Assembly: GCF_964355755.1 (NCBI RefSeq)
Contig: NC_092675.1
Span: 13,798,912-13,862,911, forward strand
Direction of reading: 5' to 3'
Source of the DNA: Antedon mediterranea
Lineage: Eukaryota; Animalia; Echinodermata
DNA length: 64,000 nucleotides
The position numbers were made by a program, and so were the translations under genes. The notes below the pieces were generated by a model. It was not told the origin of the DNA. It ran no database searches and was given only the letters and a program-made list of their open reading frames with translations. Positions within the stretch are counted from its first letter, which is position 1, and each line of letters starts with the position of its first letter. Positions 26,501 through 38,517 of the stretch are shown piece by piece.

Positions 26501-28569
26501 TTATCAACATAAAAACACCAAAGGGTTTAGAATAGCTTCAAATCGCATTTGGAGGCGTTTTAGACCATTTTGTGATTTTCTAAAAAACTTGTTAACATAA
26601 AAACACCAAGGTGCTTAGAATAGCTTCAAATCGCATTTGGAGACGTTTTAGACCATTTTGTGATTTTCGAAAAAAAATTGTTAACATAAAAACACCAAAG
26701 TGCTTTAGAATCACATTATAAACCGTTTTAGACCATTTTGAGCATTTCGATAACACTTTTCACATAAAAACATCAAAGAGCACAAAATAGCTTAATATCG
26801 TATTTAAAAATGTTTTAGACCATTTTGAGCATTTAGACAAAACTTTTTCACACAAAACACCAAAGTGCTTAGAATAGCTTCAAATCGCATTTGGAGACGT
26901 TTTAGACCATTTTGTGATTTTCGAAAAAACTTGTTAACATAAACACACCAAAAGGCTTAGAATAGCTTCTAATCGCATTTGGAGACATTTTAGACCAATT
27001 TGTGATTTTCGAAAAAACTTGTCAACATAAAAACACCAAAGGGTTTAGAATAGCTTCAAATCGCATTTGGAGACGTTTTTAGACCAATTTGTGATTTTCG
27101 AAAAAACTTATCAACATAAAAAGACCAAAGTTCTTAGAATCACATTATAAACCGTTTTAGACCATTTTGAGCATTCCGATAACAATTTTCACACAAAAAC
27201 ATCAAAGAGCACAAAATAGCTTAATATCGTATTTAAAAACGTTTTAGACCATTTTGAGCATTTCGACAAAACTTTTTCACACTAAACACAAAAAGTGCTT
27301 AGAATAGCTTCAAATCGCATTTGGAGACGTTTTAGACCAATTTGTGCATTTCGATGAAACTTGGTTACACAAAAACATCAAAGTGCTTAAAATCACATTA
27401 TAAACCGTTTTAGACCATTTTGAGCATTTCGATAACACTTTTCACACAAAAACATCAAAGAGCACAAAATAGCTTAATATCGTATTTAAAAACGTTTTAG
27501 ACCATTTTGAGCATTTAGACAAAACTTTTTCACACAAAACACCAAAGTGCTTAGAATAGCTTCAAATCGCATTTGGAGACGTTTTAGACCATTTTGTGAT
27601 TTTTGAAAAAACTTGTTAACATAAAAACACCAAAGTGCTTAGAATAGCTTCAAATCACATTTGGAGACGTTTTAGACCATTTTGTGATTTTCGAAAAAAC
27701 TTGTTAACATAAAAACACGAAAGTGCTTAGAATAGCTTCAAATCGCATTTGGAAACGTTTTAGACCATTTTGTGATTTTCGAAAAAACTTGTTAACATAA
27801 AAACACGAAAGTGCTTAGAATCACATTATAAACCGTTTTAGACCATTTTGAGCATTTCGATAACAATTTTCACACAAAAACATCAAAGAGCACAAAATAG
27901 CTTAATATCGTATTTAAAAATGTTTTAGACCATTTTGAGCATTTAGATAAAACTTTTTCACACAAAACACCAAAGTGTTTAGAATAGCTTCAAATCGCAT
28001 TTGGAGACGTTTTAGACCATTTTGTGATTTTTGAAAAAACTTGTTAACATAAAAACACCAAAGTGCTTAGAATAGCTTCAAATCACATTTGGAGATGTTT
28101 TAGACCATTTTGTGATTTTTGAAAAAACTTGTTAACATAAAAACACGAAAGTGCTTAGAATAGCTTCAAATCACATTTGGAGACGTTTTAGACCATTTTG
28201 TGATTTTTGAAAAAACTTGTTAACATAAAAACACGAAAGTGCTTAGAATAGCTTCAAATCGCATTTGGAAACGTTTTAGACCATTTTGCGATTTTCGAAA
28301 AAGATTGTTAACATAAAAACACCAATGTGCTTAGAATCACATTATAAACCGTTTTAGACCATTTTGAGCATTTCGATAACAATTTTCACACAAAAACATC
28401 AAAGAGCACAAAATAACTTAATATCGTATTTATAAATGTTTTAGACCATTTTGAGCATTTCGACAAAACTTTTTCACACAAAACACCAAAGTGCTTAGAA
28501 TAGCTTCAAATCGCATTTGGAGACGTTTTAGACCATTTTGTGATTTCGATGAAACTTGATTACACAAAA

Positions 28570-31395
28570 ACATCAAAGTGCTTAAAATCACATTATAAAC
28601 CGTTTTAGACCATTTTGAGCATTTCGATAACACTTTTCACACAAAAACATCAAAGAGCAAAAAATAGCTTATTATCGTATTTAAAAACGTTTTAGACCAT
28701 TTTGAGCATTTAGACAAAACTTTTTCACACAAAACACCAAAGTGCTTAGAATAGCTTCAAATCGCATTTGGAGACGTTTTAGAACATTTTGTGTTTTTCG
28801 AAAAAAACTGTTAACATAAAAACACCAAAGTGCTTAGAATAGCTTCAAATCGCATTTGGAGACGTTTTAGAACATTTTGTGTTCTTCGAAAAAACTTGTT
28901 ACCATAAAAACACCAAAGTGCTTAGAATAGCTTCAAATCGCATTTGGAGACGTTTTAGACCATTTTGTGATTTTTGAAAAAACTTGTTAACATAAAAACA
29001 CCAAAGTGCTTAGAATAGCTTCAAATCACATTTGGAGACGTTTTAGACCATTTTGTGATTTTCGAAAAAACTTGTTAACATAAAAACACCAAAGTGCTTA
29101 GAATAGCGTCAAATCGTATTTGGAGACGTTTTAGACCATTTTGTGATTTTCGAAAAAACTTGTTAACATAAAAACACCAAAGTGCTTAGAATAGCTTCAA
29201 ATCGCATTTGGAGACGGTTTAGACCATTTTATGATTTTGAAAAAACTTGTTAACATAAAAACACCAAAGTGCTTAGAATAGCTTCAAATCGCATTTGGAG
29301 ACGTTTTAGACCATTTTGTGATTTTCGAAAAAACTTGTTAACATAAAAACACCAAAGTGCTTAGAATAGCTTCAAATCGTATTTGGAGACGTTTTAGACC
29401 ATTTTGAGATTTTCGAAAAAACTTGGTTACACAAAAACATCAAAGTGCTTAAAATCACATTATAAACCGTTTTAGACCATTTTGAGCATTTCGATAACAC
29501 TTTTCACACAAAAACATCAAAGAGCACAAAATAGCTTAATATCGTATTTAAAAACGTTTTAGACCATTTTGAGCATTTCGACAAAACTTTTTCACACAAA
29601 ACACCAAAGTGCTTAGAATAGCTTCAAATCGCATTTGGAGACGTTTTAGACCAATTTGTGCATTTCGATGAAACTTGATTACACAAAAACATCAAAGTGC
29701 TTAAAATCACATCATAAACCGTTTTAGACCATTTTGAGCATTTCGATAACACTTTTCACACAAAAACATCAAAGAGCACAAAATAGCTTAATATCGTATT
29801 TAAAAACGTTTTAGACCATTTTGAGCATTTCGACAAAACTTTTTCACACAAAACACCAAAGTGCTTAGAATAGCTTCAAATCGCATTTGGAGACGTTTTA
29901 GACCAATTTGTGCATTTCGATGAAACTTGATTACACAAAAACATCAAAGTGCTTAAAATCACATTATAAACCGTTTTAGACCATTTTGAGCATTTCGATA
30001 ACACTTTTCACACAAAAACATCAAAGAGCAAAAAATAGCTTATTATCGTATTTAAAAACGTTTTAGACCATTTTGAGCATTTAGACAAAACTTTTTCACA
30101 CAAAACACCAAAGTGCTTAGAATAGCTTCAAATCGCATTTGGAGACGTTTTAGAACATTTTGTGTTTTTCGAAAAAAACTGTTAACATAAAAACACCAAA
30201 GTGCTTAGAATAGCTTCAAATCGCATTTGGAGACGTTTTAGAACATTTTGTGTTCTTCGAAAAAACTTGTTACAATAAAAACACCAAAGTGCTTAGAATA
30301 GCTTCAAATCGCATTTGGAGACGTTTTAGACCATTTTGTGATTTTTGAAAAAACTTGTTAACATAAAAACACCAAAGTGCTTAGAATAGCTTCAAATCAC
30401 ATTTGGAGACGTTTTAGACCATTTTGTGATTTTCGAAAAAACTTGTTAACATAAAAACACCAAAGTGCTTAGAATAGCGTCAAATCGTATTTGGAGACGT
30501 TTTAGACCATTTTGTGATTTTCGAAAAAACTTGTTAACATAAAAACACCAAAGTGCTTAGAATAGCTTCAAATCGCATTTGGAGACGGTTTAGACCATTT
30601 TATGATTTTGAAAAAACTTGTTAACATAAAAACACCAAAGTGCTTAGAATAGCTTCAAATCGCATTTGGAGACGTTTTAGACCATTTTGTGATTTTCGAA
30701 AAAACTTGTTAACATAAAAACACCAAAGTGCTTAGAATAGCTTCAAATCGTATTTGGAGACGTTTTAGACCATTTTGAGATTTTCGAAAAAACTTGGTTA
30801 CACAAAAACATCAAAGTGCTTAAAATCACATTATAAACCGTTTTAGACCATTTTGAGCATTTCGATAACACTTTTCACACAAAAACATCAAAGAGCACAA
30901 AATAGCTTAATATCGTATTTAAAAACGTTTTAGACCATTTTGAGCATTTCGACAAAACTTTTTCACACAAAACACCAAAGTGCTTAGAATAGCTTCAAAT
31001 CGCATTTGGAGACGTTTTAGACCAATTTGTGCATTTCGATGAAACTTGATTACACAAAAACATCAAAGTGCTTAAAATCACATCATAAACCGTTTTAGAC
31101 CATTTTGAGCATTTCGATAACACTTTTCACACAAAAACATCAAAGAGCACAAAATAGCTTAATATCGTATTTAAAAACGTTTTAGACCATTTTGAGCATT
31201 TCGACAAAACTTTTTCACACAAAACACCAAAGTGCTTAGAATAGCTTCAAATCGCATTTGGAGACGTTTTAGACCAATTTGTGCATTTCGATGAAACTTG
31301 ATTACACAAAAACATCAAAGTGCTTAAAATCACATTATAAACCGTTTTAGACCATTTTGAGCATTTCGATAACACTTTTCACACAAAAACATCAA
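28570..31395 (+). repeat. 1371-bp (16-monomer) tandem duplication
   Basis: The variants gagcaaaaaatagcttattatc (28648/30019), agaacatttt, tagcgtcaaa and gacggtttaga recur at +1371. Confidence 0.85.
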
Positions 31396-32235
31396 AGTGC
31401 TTAAAATCACATTATAAACCGTTTTAGACCATTTTGAGCATTTCGATAACACTTTTCACACAAAAACATCAAAGAGCACAAAATTGCTTAATATCGTATT
31501 TAAAAACGTTTTAGACCATTTTGAGCATTTCGACAAAACTTTTTCACACAAAACACCAAAGTGCTTAGAATAGCTTCAAATCGCATTTGGAGACGTTTTA
31601 GACCAATTTGTGCATTTCGATGAAACTTGATTACACAAAAACATCAAAGTGCTTAAAATCACATCATAAACCGTTTTAGACCATTTTGAGCATTTCGATA
31701 ACACTTTTCACACAAAAACATCAAAGAGCACAAAATAGCTTAATATCGTATTTAAAAACGTTTTAGACCATTTTGAGCATTTCGACAAAACTTTTTCACA
31801 CAAAACACCAAAGTGCTTAGAATAGCTTCAAATCGCATTTGGAGACGTTTTAGACCAATTTGTGCATTTCGATGAAACTTGATTACACAAAAACATCAAA
31901 GTGCTTAAAATCACATTATAAACCGTTTTAGACCATTTTGAGCATTTCGATAACACTTTTCACACAAAAACATCAAAGAGCACAAAATAGCTTAATATCG
32001 TATTTAAAAACGTTTTAGACCATTTTGAGCATTTAGACAAAACTTTTTCACACAAAACACCAAAGTGCTTAGAATAGCTTCAAATCGCATTTGGAGACGT
32101 TTTAGACCATTTTGTGATTTTTGAAAAAACTTGTTAACATAAAAACACCAATGTGCTTAGAATCACATTATAAACCGTTTTAGACCATTTTGAGCATTTC
32201 GATAACAATTTTCACACAAAAACATCAAAGAGCAC

Positions 32236-32242
32236 AAAATAG
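32236..32242 (+). other. Empty (pre-insertion) paralogue of the LINE target site
   Basis: A single aaaatag flanked by the same private variants as the LINE flanks: caccaatgtg upstream, and tatttataaatg, aaagttcttag and gttttttatacc downstream. Confidence 0.9.
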
Positions 32243-35200
32243 CTTAATATCGTATTTATAAATGTTTTAGACCATTTTGAGCATTTTGACAAAACTTTTT
32301 CACACAAAACACCAAAGTTCTTAGAATAGCTTCAAATCGCATTTGGAGACGTTTTTTATACCATTTTGTGATTTCGATGAAACTTGATTACACAAAAACA
32401 TCAAAGTGCTTAAAATCACATTATAAACCGTTTTAGACCATTTTGAGCATTTCGATAACACTTTTCACACAAAAACATCAAAGAGCACAAAATAGCTTAA
32501 TATCGTATTTAAAAACGTTTTAGACCATTTTGAGCATTTAGACAAAACTTTTTCACACAAAACACCAAAGTGCTTAGAATAGCTTCAAATCGCATTTGGA
32601 GACGTTTTAGAACATTTTGTGTTTTTCGAAAAAAACTGTTAACATAAAAACACCAAAGTGCTTAGAATAGCTTCAAATCGCATTTGGAGACGTTTTAGAA
32701 CATTTTGTGTTCTTCGAAAAAACCTGTTAACATAAAAACACCAAAGTGCTTAGAATAGCTTCAAATCGCATTTGGAGACGTTTTAGACCATTTTGTGATT
32801 TTTGAAAAAACTTGTTAACATAAAAACACCAAAGTGCTTAGAATAGCTTCAAATCACATTTGGAGACGTTTTAGACCATTTTGTGATTTTCGAAAAAAAT
32901 TGTTAACATAAAAACACGAAAGTGCTTAGAATAGCTTCAAATCGCATTTGGAAACGTTTTAGACCATTTTGTGATTTTCGAAAAAGATTGTTAACATAAA
33001 AACACCAAAGTGCTTAGAAAAGCTTCAAATCGCATTTGGAGACGTTTTAGACCATTTTGTGCATTTCGATGAAACTTGGTTACACAAAAACATCAAAGTG
33101 CTTAAAATCACATTATAAACCATTTTAGACCATTTTGAGCATTTCGATAACACTTTTCACACAAAAACATCAAAGAGCACAAAATAGCTTAATATCTTAT
33201 TTAAAAACGTTTTAGACCATTTTGAGCATTTCGACAAAACTTTTTCACACAAAACACCAAAGTGCTTAGAATAGCTTCAAATCGCATTTGGAGACGTTTT
33301 AGACCATTTTGTGATTTTCGAAAAAACTTGTTAACATAAAAACATCAAAGTGTACAGAATAACTTCAAATCGCATTTGGAGACCGTTTTAGGCCAATTTG
33401 TGATTTCCGAAAAAACTTGTTAACCTAAAAATACCAAAGTGTTTAGAATAGCTTCAAATCGCATTTGGAGACGTTTTAGACCATTTTGTGATTTTCGAAA
33501 AAACTTGTTAACATAAAAACACCAAAGTGCTTCAAATCGCATTTGGAGACATTTTAGACCAATTTGTGATTTTTGAAAAAACTTGTTAACATAAAAACAC
33601 CAAAGTGCTTACAATAGCTTCAAATCGTATTTGGAGACGTTTTAGACCATTTTGTGATTTTCGAAAAAACTTGTTAACATAAAAACACCAAAGTACTTAG
33701 AATAGCTTCAAATCGCATTTGGAGACGTTTTAGACCATTTTATGCTTTTCGATGAAACTTGGTTACACAAAAACATCAAAGTGCTTAAAATCACATTATA
33801 ATCCGTTTTAGACCATTTTGAGCATTTCGATAACACTTTTCACACAAAAACATCAAAGAGCACAAAATAGCTTAATATCGTATTTAAAAACGTTTTAGAC
33901 CATTTTGAGCATTTCGACAAAACTTTTTCACACAAAACACCAAAGTGCTTAGAATAGCTTCAAATCGCATTTGGAGACGTTTTAGACCATTTTGTGATTT
34001 TCGAAAAAAATTGTTAACATAAAAACATCAAAGTGTACAGAATAGCTTCAAATCGCATTTGGAGACCGTTTTAGGCCAATTTGTGATTTTCGAAAAAACT
34101 TGTTAACCTAAAAATACCAAAGTGTTTAGAATAGCTTCAAATCGCATTTGGAGACGTTTTAGACCATTTTGTGATTTTCGAAAAAACTTGTTAACATAAA
34201 AACACCAAAGTGCTTAGAATAGCTTCAAATCGCATTTGGAGACATTTTAGACCAATTTGTGATTTTCGAAAAAACTTGTCAACATAAAAACATCAAAGTG
34301 CTTAAAATCACATTATAATCCGTTTTAGACCATTTTGAGCATTTCGATAACACTTTTCACACAAAAACATCAAAGAGCACAAAATAGCTTAATATCGTAT
34401 TTAAAAACGTTTTAACCATTTTGAGCATTTCGACAAAACTTTTTCACACAAAACACCAAAGTGCTTAGAATAGCTTCAAATCGCATTTGGAGACGTTTTA
34501 GACCATGTTGTGCATTTCGATGAAACTTGGTTACACAAAAACATCAAAGTGCTTAAAATCACATTATAAACCATTTTAGACCATTTTGAGCATTTCGATA
34601 ACACTTTTCACACAAAAACATCAAAGAGCACAAAATAGCTTAATATCGTATTTAAAAACGTTTTAGACCATTTTGAGCATTTCGACAAAACTTTTTCACA
34701 CAAAACACCAAAGTGCTTAGAATAGCTTCAAATCGCATTTGGAGACGTTTTAGACCATTTTGTGATTTTCGAAAAAACTTGTTAACATAAAAACATCAAA
34801 GTGTACAGAATAACTTCAAATCGCATTTGGAGACCGTTTTAGGCCAATTTGTGATTTTCGAAAAAACTTGTTAACCTAAAAATACCAAAGTGTTTAGAAT
34901 AGCTTCAAATCGCATTTGGAGACGTTTTAGACCATTTTGTGATTTTCGAAAAAACTTGTTAACATAAAAACACCAAAGTGCTTCAAATCGCATTTGGAGA
35001 CATTTTAGACCAATTTGTGATTTTTGAAAAAACTTGTTAACATAAAAACACCAAAGTGCTTACAATAGCTTCAAATCGTATTTGGAGACGTTTTAGACCA
35101 TTTTGTGATTTTCGAAAAAACTTGTTAACATAAAAACACCAAAGTACTTAGAATAGCTTCAAATCGCATTTGGAGACGTTTTAGACCATTTTATGCATTT

Positions 35201-35369
35201 CGATGAAACTTGGTTACACAAAAACATCAAAGTGCTTAAAATCACATTATAATCCGTTTTAGACCATTTTGAGCATTTCGATAACACTTTTCACACAAAA
35301 ACATCAAAGAGCACAAAATAGCTTAATATCGTATTTAAAAACTTTTTAGACCATTTTGAGCATTTCGAC

Positions 35370-38220
35370 AAAACTTTTTCACACAAAACACCAAAGTGCT
35401 TAGAATAGCTTCAAATCGCATTTGGAGACGTTTTAGACCATTTTGTGATTTTCGAAAAAAATTGTTAACATAAAAACATCAAAGTGTACAGAATAGCTTC
35501 AAATCGCATTTGGAGACCGTTTTAGGCCAATTTGTGATTTTCGAAAAAACTTGTTAACCTAAAAATACCAAAGTGTTTAGAATTGCTTCAAATCGCATTT
35601 GGAGACGTTTTAGACCATTTTGTGATTTTCGAAAAAACTTGTTAACATAAAAACACCAAAGTGCTTAGAATAGCTTCAAATCGCATTTGGAGACATTTTA
35701 GACCAATTTGTGATTTTCGAAAAAACTTATCAACATAAAAACACCAAAGGGTTTAGAATATCTTCAAATCGCATTTGGAGACGTTTTAGACCATTTTGTG
35801 ATTTTCGAAAAAACTTGTTAACATAAAAACACCAAAGTGCTTAGAATAGCTTCAAATCGCATTTGGAGACGTTTTAGACCAATTTGTGATTTTCGAAAAA
35901 ACTTATCAACATAAAAACACCAAAGGGTTTAGAATAGCTTCAAATCGCATTTGGAGACGTTTTAGACCATTTTGTGATTTTGAAAAAACTTGTTAACATA
36001 AAAACACCAAAGTGCTTAGAATAGCTTCAAATCGCATTTGGAGACGTTTTAGACCATTTTGTGATTTTCGAAAAAACTTGTTAACATAAAAACACCAAAG
36101 TGCTTAGAATAGCTTCAAATCGTATTTGGAGACTTTTTAGACCATTTTGAGATTTTCGAAAAAACTTGGTTACACAAAAACATCAAAGTGCTTAAAATCA
36201 CATTATAAACCGTTTTAGACCATTTTGAGCATTTCGATAACACTTTTCACACAAAAACATCAAAGAGCACAAAATAGCTTAATATCGTATTTAAAAACGT
36301 TTTAGACCATTTTGAGCATTTCGACAAAACTTTTTCACACAAAACACCAAAGTGCTTAGAATAGCTTCAAATCGCATTTGGAGACGTTTTAGACCAATTT
36401 GTGATTTTTGAAAAAACTTGTTAACATAAAAACACCAAAGTGCTTAGAATAGCTTCAAATCACATTTGGAGACGTTTTAGACCATTTTGTGATTTTCGAA
36501 AAAACTTGTTAACATAAAAACACGAAAGTGCTTAGAATAGCTTCAAATCGCCTTTGGAAACGTTTTAGACCATTTTGTGATTTTCGAAAAAACTTGTTAA
36601 CATAAAAACACGAAAGTGCTTAGAATCACATTATAAACCGTTTTAGACCATTTTGAGCATTTCGATAACAATTTTCACACAAAAACATCAAAGAGCACAA
36701 AATAGCTTAATATCGTATTTAAAAATGTTTTAGACCATTTTGAGCATTTAGATAAAACTTTTTCACACAAAACACCAAAGTGCTTAGAATAGCTTCAAAT
36801 CGCATTTGGAGACGTTTTAGACCATTTTGTGATTTTCGAAAAAAATTGTTAACATAAAAACATCAAAGTGTACAGAATAGCTTCAAATCGCATTTGGAGA
36901 CCGTTTTAGGCCAATTTGTGATTTTCGAAAAAACTTGTTAACCTAAAAATACCAAAGTGTTTAGAATTGCTTCAAATCGCATTTGGAGACGTTTTAGACC
37001 ATTTTGTGATTTTCGAAAAAACTTGTTAACATAAAAACACCAAAGTGCTTAGAATAGCTTCAAATCACATTTGGAGACATTTTAGACCAATTTGTGATTT
37101 TCGAAAAAACTTATCAACATAAAAACACCAAAGGGTTTAGAATATCTTCAAATCGCATTTGGAGACGTTTTAGACCATTTTGTGATTTTCGAAAAAACTT
37201 GTTAACATAAAAACACCAAAGTGCTTAGAATAGCTTCAAATCGCATTTGGAGACGTTTTAGACCAATTTGTGATTTTCGAAAAAACTTATCAACATAAAA
37301 ACACCAAAGGGTTTAGAATAGCTTCAAATCGCATTTGGAGACGTTTTAGACCATTTTGTGATTTTGAAAAAACTTGTTAACATAAAAACACCAAAGTGCT
37401 TAGAATAGCTTCAAATCGCATTTGGAGACGTTTTAGACCATTTTGTGATTTTCGAAAAAACTTGTTAACATAAAAACACCAAAGTGCTTAGAATAGCTTC
37501 AAATCGTATTTGGAGACTTTTTAGACCATTTTGAGATTTTCGAAAAAACTTGGTTACACAAAAACATCAAAGTGCTTAAAATCACATTATAAACCGTTTT
37601 AGACCATTTTGAGCATTTCGATAACACTTTTCACACAAAAACATCAAAGAGCACAAAATAGCTTAATATCGTATTTAAAAACGTTTTAGACCATTTTGAG
37701 CATTTCGACAAAACTTTTTCACACAAAACACCAAAGTGCTTAGAATAGCTTCAAATCGCATTTGGAGACGTTTTAGACCAATTTGTGATTTTTGAAAAAA
37801 CTTGTTAACATAAAAACACCAAAGTGCTTAGAATAGCTTCAAATCACATTTGGAGACGTTTTAGACCATTTTGTGATTTTCGAAAAAACTTGTTAACATA
37901 AAAACACGAAAGTGCTTAGAATAGCTTCAAATCGCCTTTGGAAACGTTTTAGACCATTTTGTGATTTTCGAAAAAACTTGTTAACATAAAAACACGAAAG
38001 TGCTTAGAATCACATTATAAACCGTTTTAGACCATTTTGAGCATTTCGATAACAATTTTCACACAAAAACATCAAAGAGCACAAAATAGCTTAATATCGT
38101 ATTTAAAAATGTTTTAGACCATTTTGAGCATTTAGATAAAACTTTTTCACACAAAACACCAAAGTGCTTAGAATAGCTTCAAATCGCATTTGGAGACGTT
38201 TTAGACCATTTTGTGATTTT
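35370..38220 (+). repeat. 1384-bp (16-monomer) tandem duplication; only one copy at the equivalent site upstream of LINE copy 1
   Basis: The variants gaattgcttc (35582/36966), gaatatcttc, gagacttttt and tcgcctttgg recur at +1384. This explains the offset change from 33241 to 34625. Confidence 0.9.
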
Positions 38221-38510
38221 TGAAAAAACTTGTTAACATAAAAACACCAAAGTGCTTAGAATAGCTTCAAATCACATTTGGAGATGTTTTAGACCATTTT
38301 GTGATTTTTGAAAAAACTTGTTAACATAAAAACACGAAAGTGCTTAGAATAGCTTCAAATCGCATTTGGAAACGTTTTAGACCATTTTGTGATTTTCGAA
38401 AAAGATTGTTAACATAAAAACACCAATGTGCTTAGAATCACATTATAAACCGTTTTAGACCATTTTGAGCATTTCGATAACAATTTTCACACAAAAACAT
38501 CAAAGAGCAC

Positions 38511-38517
38511 AAAATAG
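38511..38517 (+). repeat. 5' TSD AAAATAG of LINE copy 2
   Basis: gagcac-aaaatag-tattatag, the same junction as copy 1. Confidence 0.88.

Larger units (their letters stand above)
2130..36754 (+). repeat. One full period of a 34,625-bp macro-repeat (phase arbitrary)
   Basis: The LINE and all rare satellite variants checked recur at +34625, or +34624 after a 1-bp indel near 27080. ORF pairs 3971/38596, 15700/50325, 23093/57718 and 28430/63054 agree. Positions 1-3595 also match at +33241. Confidence 0.93.
5931..38517 (+). repeat. Satellite DNA array, segment 2
   Basis: Same A/B/C monomers in the same orientation. The 252-bp trimer spacing is seen from 8941 to 9193. A run of nine A monomers occupies 8149-8940. 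Confidence 0.98.
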
